Assembly (NCBI GenBank): GCA_963422205.2
Contig: CAXMWX010000005.1
Span: forward strand, 224,001-288,000
Direction of reading: 5' to 3'
Source of the DNA: Gammaproteobacteria bacterium
Lineage (GTDB): Bacteria; Pseudomonadota; Gammaproteobacteria; Eutrophobiales; Eutrophobiaceae
DNA: 64,000 nt
The first letter of the stretch is position 1; every line of letters begins with the position of its first letter. The position numbers were made by a program, and so were the translations under genes. Shown here in pieces: positions 41,995 to 51,411 of the stretch. The notes under the pieces were generated by a model. The model was not told the origin of the DNA. It was given only the letters and a program-made list of their open reading frames with translations, and made no database searches.

Positions 41995-42260
41995 CGAGTA
42001 CAGCATATTCCGGCAGCAAGCAGATGCGTGATCACAAAACACAAATCCAGGCATTACTCCAAAGTGCAAAAATCAACCTGTTAAGCGCCGGCAGCCAGCT
42101 CATCATGGATGATAACAAGGCGGCAGCGAACCGGCTTGCTGCTGTGGCGCATAAGATTGAGACCATCCGGCGTGAACTGCCTGACTGCCACCATAATTCA
42201 GCTTCATCTGTATCTGCCGCAACACATACGAGGGAAACATCATCATGCCCCGGAATATGA
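41991..42260 (+). CDS. hypothetical protein
   Basis: ATGA overlap with the previous ORF. Confidence 0.5.
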   Translation: MTSTAYSGSKQMRDHKTQIQALLQSAKINLLSAGSQLIMDDNKAAANRLAAVAHKIETIRRELPDCHHNSASSVSAATHTRETSSCPGI

Positions 42261-42367
42261 GCTTTTCCCTCACCACAGCGCAGTTTATGAGTAAACAAAA
42301 AACGGTTACTCGGCGGCTGGGCTGGCAGTTTCTAAAAGCCGGCGATGTCGTTTGTGGTGTTAGGTAG
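42245..42367 (+). pseudogene. ASCH-domain phage protein, N-terminal fragment
   Basis: MPRNMSFSLTTAQFMSKQKTVTRRLGWQFLKAGD, the typical ASCH start (KTVTRR), truncated. Confidence 0.7.
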
Positions 42368-42404
42368 TGAGTTTCTATAACGAATTTGTTACAGGTTTAA
42401 GATT

Positions 42405-42692
42405 ATGAATAATGTAGAGAAACTGGTAGAGCGACTGATGCGCTATGCCGATGATGCCTTATGGAATTACGATGATATTGCTGAGTATACGCACCTGGGC
42501 AGGCAAACGGTACAAAAGAAAATCGTTACAGAGACCGGTTTCCCTCGCGCTATCAGGCTGCCCTCTGGCGGTCGGCGGTGGATTGCCAAAGAAGTCAAAG
42601 ATTATCTGAAGCGGCAACGGGAGCCTTATGCATCTGATGGTGCTAAGGTTCGCATCAAGCCGGCGAGCACTCCATCGGTTGGGTTGGAGTGA
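42405..42692 (+). CDS. AlpA/excisionase-like DNA-binding protein
   Basis: W..DDIAEY..LGRQTV......GFPRAIRL....RRW...EV. Confidence 0.85.
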   Translation: MNNVEKLVERLMRYADDALWNYDDIAEYTHLGRQTVQKKIVTETGFPRAIRLPSGGRRWIAKEVKDYLKRQREPYASDGAKVRIKPASTPSVGLE

Positions 42693-42736
42693 TTCTGACA
42701 TGATGGCATTAATCTGGGTTGTCAGGTGGAGGTGTG

Positions 42737-43546
42737 GATACCCTTTGATATACCCCTTCAATACCTTATAGATACCCTATCGAATACCCTTTGGGAACCC
42801 TTTAGCGAGGTAAAAATTATGCGAGATTATGGCACGATAGACTGTCGGTTGTGGGATCATCCTGATTTTAAGAGCCTGTCCGTTGAGGCCAAGCTGTTGA
42901 TAGCCTATCTACGGACTTGCAAGCACTGCAATCTCATCTGGTGTTATCACCTTCCGGTTGGGTATATCGCATCAGATCTTGGATACCCCATTGATAGGGT
43001 ATGGGATACCCTATCCGAGGCTGCTCAAAATAGCTTTGCCAGGTATTGCAAGACTACTGAATATGTATTTATCCCCAAGTATCTGGATGAGTTTCCGATC
43101 AAGGGTGAAAAACAGCAGTTGGGAGCTTTGAAGATCATTCAGTCAATTCCCAACAAGTGTGTTTATCTTACTGACTTAATCACCCGGTTCCTGGAGCGCG
43201 ATGACCTGCATGAGAGAATAAGAAATACCCTATCCGATACCCTATCTAATACCCTATTTGATACCCAACCCCATACCCATTCTGCTCCATCGGATACCCT
43301 TTCGATGCCTTCTAAATTAGACAGACAGGAGCAGAAAAACACGGCTACAGCTGACGTTCCAGCCACGGTTGCGGATATGACGGCAGCTACGCCTGCCACT
43401 CCCGAAACTACACCCGTTATTGTTTCCGATAAAAGTACGCATGTTATTGATTTAGTTAATAAGTTCCAAGGTGATGAGAAAATGGAAAATACCCTATCCC
43501 ATACCCTATCGGATACCCCTTCAATACCCCATACCATACCCCCCCC
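42737..43546 (+). repeat. iteron arrays (ATACCCTATC-type unit, ~12-bp period): putative replication origin
   Basis: Four clusters at ~42737-42805, 42981-43015, 43225-43303 and 43489-43546, upstream of and inside the rep gene. Confidence 0.8.
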
Positions 43547-43986
43547 GATTACAGGAACAGGATCAGGAACGGAAAAAAACCTTTGTCCCGCAAGCGGGAC
43601 GATCGAAACGCTCAGGACAGGTACAAGCCGTTTTCCAGGCTTGGCAACGATACTGCAAGCACCCCAGGGCAAACCTGGACGACAAGCGCAAGCGCCATAT
43701 CGCCAAGGCGCTGAAAGCTGGCTACAGCGTGGAGCAGTGCATTACTGCGATACGAGGCTGTACCAACACGCCACACAACATGGGCGCCAACGAAGGTGGC
43801 GAGCGCTATGACGGCATCCATGTAATTTTTCGTGATGCTGACCAGATTGACCGTTTCATTCACAATTTTCACAACCCACCAGTGCCAAAGACCGAGGCAG
43901 AGAAGCGAGTGATGTCTAACATCCAGGCTGCACAAGCGGCGATGCAAAAATTGCAGGAACAGGAAAATAATTATGCACAACACTGA
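42819..43986 (+). pseudogene. phage replication initiator (O-like), frameshifted at ~43540-43580
   Basis: MRDYG...LW...FKSLS.EAKLL..YL.TC.H N-terminus; iteron-coded linker; C-terminal VF..W...HPRA.LD.KR...AI.GC...P.NMG domain lies in the +1 frame. Confidence 0.8.
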
Positions 43987-44572
43987 CCAACGGCCTTTTT
44001 TTGAAATCCTGATTGGCGTAGCTGCAATTTATGGCAAGGAGCTCTCAGTGGTCGCCCAGATGCTGTACTGGCAGTGCTTGCAGCAATACGAACTGGATGT
44101 GGTGAGATCGGCATTGCGACGCCATGTGACGGATGTCGATAGTGGACAGTACATGCCCAAGCCTGCGGATATTGTTCGACAAATTGTTGGCAGCAATGAA
44201 GACCGGGCGCTATTGGCCTGGGTATTGGTTGAGAAAGCGATGAAGCGGGTGGGGGGTTACCAGTCTGTAGCGTTTGATGATCTGATTATCCATACGGTGA
44301 TTCGTGATCTCGGTGGTTGGATCAAACTCTGTCAAATCAGCTATGACGAGCTTCCATTCAGGCGGATAGATTTTCTCAAACTGTATTCCGCTTATGCCAA
44401 GCGGCAGAGCATACCGGCGCATGAGCCGATGTTGATCGGTTTGGTTAATGCCGATCGGCAGAGGCAAGGGTTAGCGTTGGAAGCGCCAATACGAGTTGGT
44501 GCCGACAATACGCCCCGCAGACGAACCACAACAATCGCTACACAAGCCCAGGTAATGGAGCGTGTCGCATGA
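43973..44572 (+). CDS. DUF6475-like protein (helicase loader / P-like position)
   Basis: YW..L..Y.L..V..AL..H, MPKPADI, AW..V..A...VG.Y.SV.FDD.IIH.VI.DLGGW; directly after rep. Confidence 0.8.
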   Translation: MHNTDQRPFFEILIGVAAIYGKELSVVAQMLYWQCLQQYELDVVRSALRRHVTDVDSGQYMPKPADIVRQIVGSNEDRALLAWVLVEKAMKRVGGYQSVAFDDLIIHTVIRDLGGWIKLCQISYDELPFRRIDFLKLYSAYAKRQSIPAHEPMLIGLVNADRQRQGLALEAPIRVGADNTPRRRTTTIATQAQVMERVA

Positions 44573-45096
44573 TTCATCAAATCCTTTTCTGGTTTTCAGG
44601 TTATCTGCCGTGCCGTTTGATTAACAACGATGGTCAGCCTTACCTGGAGCGGTATTTTTTATTTTCCTGTTGTGGACTGACGGCGTACCTGCACCGCTTT
44701 GTGGGGCAGGATGGCGATCGAGGGCTGCACGATCACCCATGGGACTACTCGCTGGCTATCGTTCTGGCTGGCGGGTATGTTGAGGAGCGTTTGAACGGCT
44801 TTGATCCTGCTGTTGGTCTGGTTATCGGTGAGCGGCTAGTCAGATGGTGTAATCTCATCACAGCGCATGATTTTCATCGCATTAGTCGGACACAGAGAGA
44901 TACCTGGACGCTGTTCATTCATACAAAGCGTATAAAGGGCTAGGGGTTTATGGAGTATGGCCATCCGGGTGAGCGAGTGCATCGCTTTCTCTACCACCAG
45001 CCTGAATTACCGGGGACGCATCACAACTGGATGGAAGCAGCATCACGAGGCAGTGAGGCAGCTCGTCAACCTCTGGTTGCTTCAGGAGTGAGGTGA
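44569..45096 (+). pseudogene. phage cupin-like protein with TAG at 44941 (in a G-W-G-F motif)
   Basis: YLERY, LHRF...D.DR.LHDHPW, GGY.EE, FHRI, WTLF; the frame stays open after the stop to a TGA overlapping the MTase start. Confidence 0.7.
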
Positions 45097-45800
45097 GTGT
45101 GCGGGTACTTGATCTGTTCAGTGGTATCGGTGGTTTTAGTCTCGGTCTTGCGATGGCGAGCAAGGCATTTCGGACTATTGCTTTTTGCGAGCGAGATGAG
45201 AAATGTCAGAAGCTGCTTAATCTGCGTTGGCCTGGCATTCCAGTTTACCCGGATATTAGAAAGCTAAATGCAAGTGAAATACAAACAGATGTCGTTGTTG
45301 GTGGATACCCATGTCAGCCCTTTTCCGTGGCCGGGAAGCGCCGTGGCGAAGCGGATGACCGCTATCTCTGGCCAGAGATGTTACGAGTTATCAAGGATTG
45401 CAGGCCACGATGGGTTATTGGTGAGAACGTTGCTGGTCACTTATCGATGGGGATCGACAATGTGTTATCTGACTTGGAAGCCGAGGGCTACGCCTGCTGG
45501 CCGACCATTATTCCAGCTTGTGCCGTCAATGCCCCGCACCGGCGGGACAGAGTATGGATTATTGCCAACGCCGACGGCACAGGATGCAAAAAACAAGGGC
45601 TCGCAGAGCCAACAGAAGCGCAATACCAAATCGCTGAACGCAGTTGTCGGCGGGCCGCTGAACCCGCAGTGGGTAGAGTGGTTAATGGGTTACCCAATAG
45701 GGTGGACAGACTTAGGCAACTCGGCAACAGCGTCGTCCCTCAAGTCGTCGCAGCTATTGGATGTGCAATAATACGAGCGGAGCGGAAATATGAATCATAA
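45093..45800 (+). CDS. DNA (cytosine-5) methyltransferase, large subunit
   Basis: DLFSGIGGF (I), GGYPCQPFS (IV), ENV (VI), HRRDRVWI (VIII), LGNSVVP (X). Confidence 0.92.
   Translation: MSVRVLDLFSGIGGFSLGLAMASKAFRTIAFCERDEKCQKLLNLRWPGIPVYPDIRKLNASEIQTDVVVGGYPCQPFSVAGKRRGEADDRYLWPEMLRVIKDCRPRWVIGENVAGHLSMGIDNVLSDLEAEGYACWPTIIPACAVNAPHRRDRVWIIANADGTGCKKQGLAEPTEAQYQIAERSCRRAAEPAVGRVVNGLPNRVDRLRQLGNSVVPQVVAAIGCAIIRAERKYES
45268..45771 (+). CDS. nested alternative-frame small subunit of the C5 methyltransferase (start uncertain)
   Basis: LLPTPTA...LNPQWVEWLMGYPIGWTD, a motif IX-like segment missing from the main frame. Confidence 0.7.
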   Translation: MQVKYKQMSLLVDTHVSPFPWPGSAVAKRMTAISGQRCYELSRIAGHDGLLVRTLLVTYRWGSTMCYLTWKPRATPAGRPLFQLVPSMPRTGGTEYGLLPTPTAQDAKNKGSQSQQKRNTKSLNAVVGGPLNPQWVEWLMGYPIGWTDLGNSATASSLKSSQLLDVQ

Positions 45801-46062
45801 ATCCACTTTTTTAGAGAAACAAATACACAAAATAGTCTCCTCAGCTCTTAACACTGTAAGCGACACAGTCCCTGAATAGCTACGCAATATAGTCACGTCA
45901 GTTACTGACACCGGGAGGTGTATCAATCCACCAATAGGCTGTGGTCAACCAATAACAAAATTCAGAGACGATCTAAGCATGAAGGAATATGGCATATCCG
46001 GGCTATGCCAGGCGTGTCAGGATGAGTTCTTTGGTGGTGATGATAGCGGGATAGTTGCATGA
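45790..46062 (+). pseudogene. small Zn-finger-like phage protein with TAG at 45877
   Basis: C.....GCG...FRDDLSMKEYGISGLCQACQDEFF. Confidence 0.65.
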
Positions 46063-46631
46063 CTGCTTGTATCAACACTGTCGTTCTGGATAGAGATTTC
46101 CGGTATGCGCTGAGGGATTATTTTAATACCTTGTCTGCTGATAAGTGCGAGGACTATATGCAGCGTTGCGGTGTGACATATACGTATGCCAAATCGCATT
46201 TAATCAAAACACGCTCTGAGGCGTCACACATGCCAGGCAAAATGTTGATCTATGCCTTGGCCGATGAGAGTGAGAGGTATGTGACACGTCTTCAGTCTGT
46301 ATACCATTTTTATCCGGAAATTCGTGATGGTCTGGAGTGCATCGTCAAGGCTGGGCAGATGATAAATTGCAGACAGGAGCAACTGAGATTACCCGAATAT
46401 CTCTACAGCTTGTCTGATGAGGCAAAATCAGATTATGCGAGGCGAGTGGGTTCAACACGCCGGTACGTTACCGGTCGTCTGATTCGCAAGCAAACCATTC
46501 CGGCCTGTATCCCCAACAAGCCTCTACTGCTTGCTTTGGCTGATGAAGGCGAGGGTCAGGTGAGTCGTTTTCAAGCACTGTTTTACTACTTTCCTGAGAT
46601 TGGGCAGGATGTACTCAACCTGATTCAATAA
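46059..46631 (+). CDS. protein with two tandem Cro-like HTH repeats
   Basis: LRDYFNTLS...DYMQRCGVTYTY..SHLI...P...L..ALADES and LPEYLYSLS...DYARRVGSTRRY..GRLI...P...L..ALADEG. Confidence 0.65.
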   Translation: MTACINTVVLDRDFRYALRDYFNTLSADKCEDYMQRCGVTYTYAKSHLIKTRSEASHMPGKMLIYALADESERYVTRLQSVYHFYPEIRDGLECIVKAGQMINCRQEQLRLPEYLYSLSDEAKSDYARRVGSTRRYVTGRLIRKQTIPACIPNKPLLLALADEGEGQVSRFQALFYYFPEIGQDVLNLIQ

Positions 46632-46647
46632 CAGGTAGGATTGGATA

Positions 46648-47311
46648 ATGACTAACGCTAATCAATCAAGTGAGACAGCAGACAATTCCTTGCACGGCGT
46701 TGGTGCTGTGCTGGAGCGCAATCACTGGTATCGGGATCGCTATATTGTTCAGATCAGGATCACGGCATTGCTTATCCTGCTTTGTGTCCTGCTTGCCTTA
46801 ATTCTGGCCTGGGTGGTAAGCCATCCTACCCAACCGAAGTATTTTGCGACCACGACCAGTGGTGAGTTAATACCATTGGTGCCTTTGGATAAGCCAAATA
46901 CTACGAACGATATCTTGTTGAATTGGACAGCCAGGGTTGTCAGGCGGGCTTATACGTATGATGCAGTGAATTACCGTGAGCAGCTTGCCAGGCTGGAGCC
47001 GTTTTTTACGGACAAGGGCTATGAGGGTTTTCTGGCTGCATTGAATGCGTCAGGCAATATTGCTGCGGTGACCGAAAAGCGTTTGATTGCCTCAGCGATA
47101 GTAAATGGTGGCGTGATCACGGCCATAAGGAGTAGCCGGCGGGGTATACACCTGGAAGGTTGAATTACGACTCACGGTAACCTACACATCATCTGAAGAG
47201 AATATTACTCAACCGCTGACGGTATTGGTGTTGATACTTCGCACGTCCACTCTGCAAAATCCTGAAGGGCTGGCTATTCATCAAATTCTATCCAGGCCGG
47301 GGGTTGGTTGA
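46648..47311 (+). pseudogene. icmL: type IVB secretion protein IcmL/DotI (TraM-like), frameshifted near 47120-47135
   Basis: TM helix, then YFATT.SG..IPL.PL..P, YD.VNYR.QL, FT..G...F..AL..SGN; YTW.V C-terminus in another frame. Confidence 0.85.
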
Positions 47312-47312
47312 G

Positions 47313-48000
47313 ATGTTCTGGCGGCGATTGTTATTACCTCTCATGTTTTGTTTGGTTACTGCCATTCATGCAGAGGATACAACCGATGGTGAAAAAAATG
47401 TGAAGTCTGTGAAAGACAGTTCTGTCAGTCATGAGGTAGAGGCAGATGGTATTTCCCCTGCATTTACACCGAGTTGGCGGGAGAATTTGCCGATGAGCCC
47501 AGAGGAGATTCGTCTTTGGCGTGATATTCTGTAAGGTAAATCAGCAGCGGCTTATGAGGCACATACTCCTGCCACGATCTCATCCAAACCATCCCAGTAA
47601 ATATTGCACCAGGTACTGCTACCCCACACATCCAATTACTGCCGGGCTATACCATTACTTTTGAGGTGATGGATCGGAATGGGCAACCCTGGGGTATTGT
47701 TAGCGCTATTTCCGGCAATCCAGAACTGTTTCAGGTTATTGTCTATGAGCTCAAGACACCCAACATTATTACCATTACGCCCAAAACTCTGTTTGGTGGC
47801 AGTAATCTGGTCTTGCTGTTAGACGATCGTCATATTCCCATCACCCTCAACCTGTCAAGCAATCCGGAGTTGGATGTGTATCATGATCGCATAGCGTTGC
47901 TGATCAACGCTGCTGGCCCTGCATCGCCTGTGCCCAGCGTGTCAAATGATACCGATATCAGCGCTTCTTCCCATCTGATGGAGGTACTGGATGGCATTGT
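47313..48000 (+). pseudogene. icmK: type IVB secretion protein IcmK/DotH (TraN-like) with stop, frameshift and truncation
   Basis: Signal peptide, PMSPEEIR, PG..P.I.L..GY, D..GQPW.I, N.ITI.P, N...L...P. Confidence 0.8.
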
Positions 48001-48012
48001 GTATGCCGCCAG

Positions 48013-48470
48013 ATGTTAGCCTCTGATCATACAGATGATAGCTGGCGAGCTTTGCTGCCGGGTGATCCACTACCACAGCGCATCAATGATGTTGTCTGTG
48101 ATGATTATTCAGATGTCCTGTGGCCGCCTTTGAGTCAGCAACTTTTTCCCAATGGTATTGAGATGAAGAGCCTTAACACTGTTGAGACAGGCAATCGGCT
48201 GTATGCGCCAGTATCGATGTTACTGGGGCCACAGACACTGCAACCCTTTAATATGCTCTATAGGCGATTATTGGGCGATAACATTCCTTACGCACTCTCG
48301 ATACGGATTATCTCCGATGGCGAGGGGCTGGTGGCGCACAAGAGATTACTCGCTTCACTGCTATCGTTTGCCGATCGCACCTCCCGCATGGTGCGCCGGT
48401 CACTGGACATCCTGGGCTTGGCAGTAGAGAGTGGCGAGCATATCGTTGGCTTGCAGGTCAACCTGCAAGC
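48013..48470 (+). pseudogene. icmB: internal fragment of the type IVB ATPase IcmB/DotO (TraU-like)
   Basis: W.ALLPGD.LP, D.SD.LWP.L..Q.FP, G.R.Y, PF..L, IP...S..I.SDG. Confidence 0.7.
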
Positions 48471-48532
48471 AATAGTGATATGCCTGCCTCCACGGAGGCA
48501 GAGCGAGCCTACCCAGAGAGCTGCCTGTAGTC

Positions 48533-50791
48533 ATGCTCAAAAAGATTCAAGGGCTCAAAGAGCGACAGGTCTATGATGCCGATCGGTATTTACGTGATAC
48601 CAACTCAATCGGCGAGCGCATCTACGCGGTATTGGGCGATCCGATATTGGTATGTAGTCTGATTGTACTGCTGCTTGTTATCAGTTGTTACTATACTGTA
48701 CTCATTCATTTTGCATTGCCTGTGACCGGATTACTGACACTGCTTTGGTATACGCACCGGGATGAGAATGTTTTGCCTTTACGGCTTCCTGTGGAAGCCA
48801 GGATGACGGACTACAACGATCCGAAACCCGGTATACGGGGTGGATTTCATAAGGCCAGAGGCATGTATTACTTCGGCAATGAAATTGATACTCATCAGGA
48901 GATCTTTCTTAACCGGGACGATATTCTGCAACACAGCTTATTCCTCGGTACCACGGGGGCTGGCAAGACCGAGGTCATGACGGCGCTGATGGCCAATACC
49001 CTGACGATGGGTGGTGGTTGTGTCTATGGCGATGCCAAAGGTGCTGCCGATGTCCTGTGGACAACAGCCGCTATGGCCAGAGCAATGGGCCGGGAAGATG
49101 ATTTGCTGGTCATCAATTACATCACTGGCGGGCGCAATGTGGCAGTCTAGGATACCGAGCGTCTATCCAACTACACCAACCCCTTTGCCAGAGGCTCGGC
49201 CGACAGCAATACGCAGATGCTGACCTCTCTGCTGAAAGAGCAAGAGGGTGATAATGCCGTTTTCTTTGAGCGTGCCGTCTCGTTAGTCAGCTCAATTATG
49301 TATCCTCTGACCGAGCTTCGTGACCAGGGCGAGTTGGAACTGGGCGCATCGGTCATACGCCAGTACCTGAATCTGGAAAAAGTGGTAGAGTTATCACAAC
49401 GATCCGATTTATCCGAAAAATCCTTGAATGCCGTGCATGAGTACCTGCGCTCCTTGCCGGGTTATAATCCTGACAAGTCACTGCAAGATCAGCCACCTGA
49501 AGTATCCAAACAATTCGGGTTTGCACAGATGTATTTCACTCGTGCCTTATCCTCGCTGTCCGATACCTATGGGCACATCTACTGGACAACCCTAGGTGAG
49601 ATTGATTACTTTGATGTGATCATGAACCGGCGTATTTTGGTGTTTATGCTGCCAGCGATTGAAAAAGCAGGCGCCGAGCGGAAGAACCTGGGTAAGATTA
49701 TTCTCTCTGGCATCAAAGATGCGTTGGCTGTTGGCCTTGGGAGGCATGTGGAGGGCGACCGGGAGGATGTGCTGGATAACAAGCCGACCAGCTCGGCCAT
49801 ACCGACTTCCATTATCCTGGATGAGTACGGCTACATGGCGGTGGAGGATTTTGCTGTTCTGCCAGCCCAGGGGCGCAGCATGGGTTTTTCCTTTGCCTTT
49901 GGTGCCCAGGACTGGCCGGGGATAAAAAAGGCCGGTGAGGAGGAGGCCGGCCAAGTCTGGAGCAATACCAATATCAAGTGGTTTGGGCGTTTGAACGATG
50001 AGGAATCGATTGAGAAGTGTATCAAAGCCGCTGGTGAAGCCTACACCACCATCAGTGCTGGCTTTGACCGACCACGTGATGGGCTGGGCCTGGATTACAT
50101 TGATAATCTATCAGCGCAAATAGAAAAACGAGAGCGGGTGACGACTACCGATCTGCAACAGCAGTCCGAAGGTGAGTTCCATTTGTTGTTCAAGGGCAAG
50201 ATTATTCGTGGACACTCGTTTTTTACCGCCATACAAAAGTTGCAGAAATTTCGGATCAACCGCTTTATCAAAGTTCCGCCACGCACTGGTGAGAGCCTGC
50301 TGGCCGCAGTCACGCCGGGCATTGACCGGCCGCCGAGGCAGGATGAGCAGGTACCTCTTTTGGTTAAGGAAGCCATACAGGCATCGCCTGATGACGCTAA
50401 GGGGGAAGGTCGTAGCAAAGATGATACCCGTAATACGTCCCAGGGCGGCGATAATCAGGCTACCACTACGCAAAGCCCTTCATTGATAAACGAACATGCG
50501 GATTTATTCACATCAGATGAGCAGGATGGGCAAGCGGCCAAAGAGCAACAGGCACATACCATTCGCAGCACTGACGAACTGTCTGATAACTTTCTGGATG
50601 AGGTTGTCAGAGCAGAAGGGCAAGCCACTTATACTGGCAGAGGAGCACAGTTGGCAGATGGAGAAAAAGTGATAGAGGCAGCGCTTGATACCACCAACCC
50701 GGACCCGGTAGCAAAGACGGCTGAAGCCGCATTGGATGAAGGCGAGAAGTTACTCTCTGCTGCCGTTCATGAGCTAAGGGGGATGGAGTGA
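48533..50791 (+). pseudogene. icmO: type IVB coupling protein IcmO/DotL (TrbC-like) interrupted by a single in-frame TAG (49148-49150)
   Basis: N-terminal TMs, GTTGAGKTE Walker A, DAKG, N..NPF..G, ILDEYGY Walker B, AQGRS.GF, NTNIK; ORFs 48533 and 49217 share a frame. Confidence 0.88.
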
Positions 50792-50895
50792 GGGTCAGTT
50801 TCTATTTATTCTGTCAAGACGTGTTGATGATAAATATACCCTAAAGTACAATCTCCAAACCATGTTGATCAAAGTAGTAAGTAACAACCAACCAC

Positions 50896-51333
50896 ATGCC
50901 TCATAGCAAGAATCAACCCCAACACCTGATGCTTCCTGTCAGCCTGCTAAAAAAACTGGAGTTGTATGCAGATGGCATCATGGCAGTAGAGACGCTGATT
51001 GAGCAATTGACTGTGATGGTGTTAGTGAATTTAAGGAAAGAAAGTCAATCGTTAAATGATGGTCACTCTTTCGTAGAAAAACGCATTGCCAGCTTACAGG
51101 AGAAGCTGCATGTTGGTCAGACAATGAACAAAGGCAAAGGGTTTGGTGAGGATCGATTGCAAAACATCAATGTACGGAAAACATGCCATATCTCCAGAGC
51201 ACTTGGGGATGAACTTGTTACCCTGGGCGAATCGCTTAATCTCTCCACACCAAAGCTCCTGGTACCGCTTGTTATGCTTGGAATTGAACTGGTTGAAAAA
51301 ATAATGGCCGGATACGGAAGACATCCGGTATAA
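50896..51333 (+). CDS. hypothetical protein, possibly tandem ribbon-helix-helix
   Basis: Two strand-helix-helix patterns (HLMLP-VSLLKKLELYA...; KTCHIS-RALGDELVTLGE-SLNLSTPKLL). Confidence 0.55.
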   Translation: MPHSKNQPQHLMLPVSLLKKLELYADGIMAVETLIEQLTVMVLVNLRKESQSLNDGHSFVEKRIASLQEKLHVGQTMNKGKGFGEDRLQNINVRKTCHISRALGDELVTLGESLNLSTPKLLVPLVMLGIELVEKIMAGYGRHPV

Positions 51334-51411
51334 AGTTTAATGATAAAGGCATGGGGCAGACTACCCTTAACCTGCGAAACCTGTAATAGCGCTGACATGA
51401 GTGACCATTGA

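Noticed and set aside
42737-43546. CRISPR array
   Set aside because: The units are ~10-12 bp, adjacent, without unique spacers, mostly inside a coding region, and there are no cas genes; they fit iterons.
43571-43580. Programmed -1 frameshift at A AAA AAC in rep
   Set aside because: The downstream domain is in the +1 frame relative to the upstream ORF, so a -1 shift would not join them.
46648-50791. Legionella-style effector-secreting Dot/Icm system
   Set aside because: Only four broken components lie inside a mobile island, with no recognisable effectors or IcmS/IcmW; conjugative ancestry is the simpler reading.
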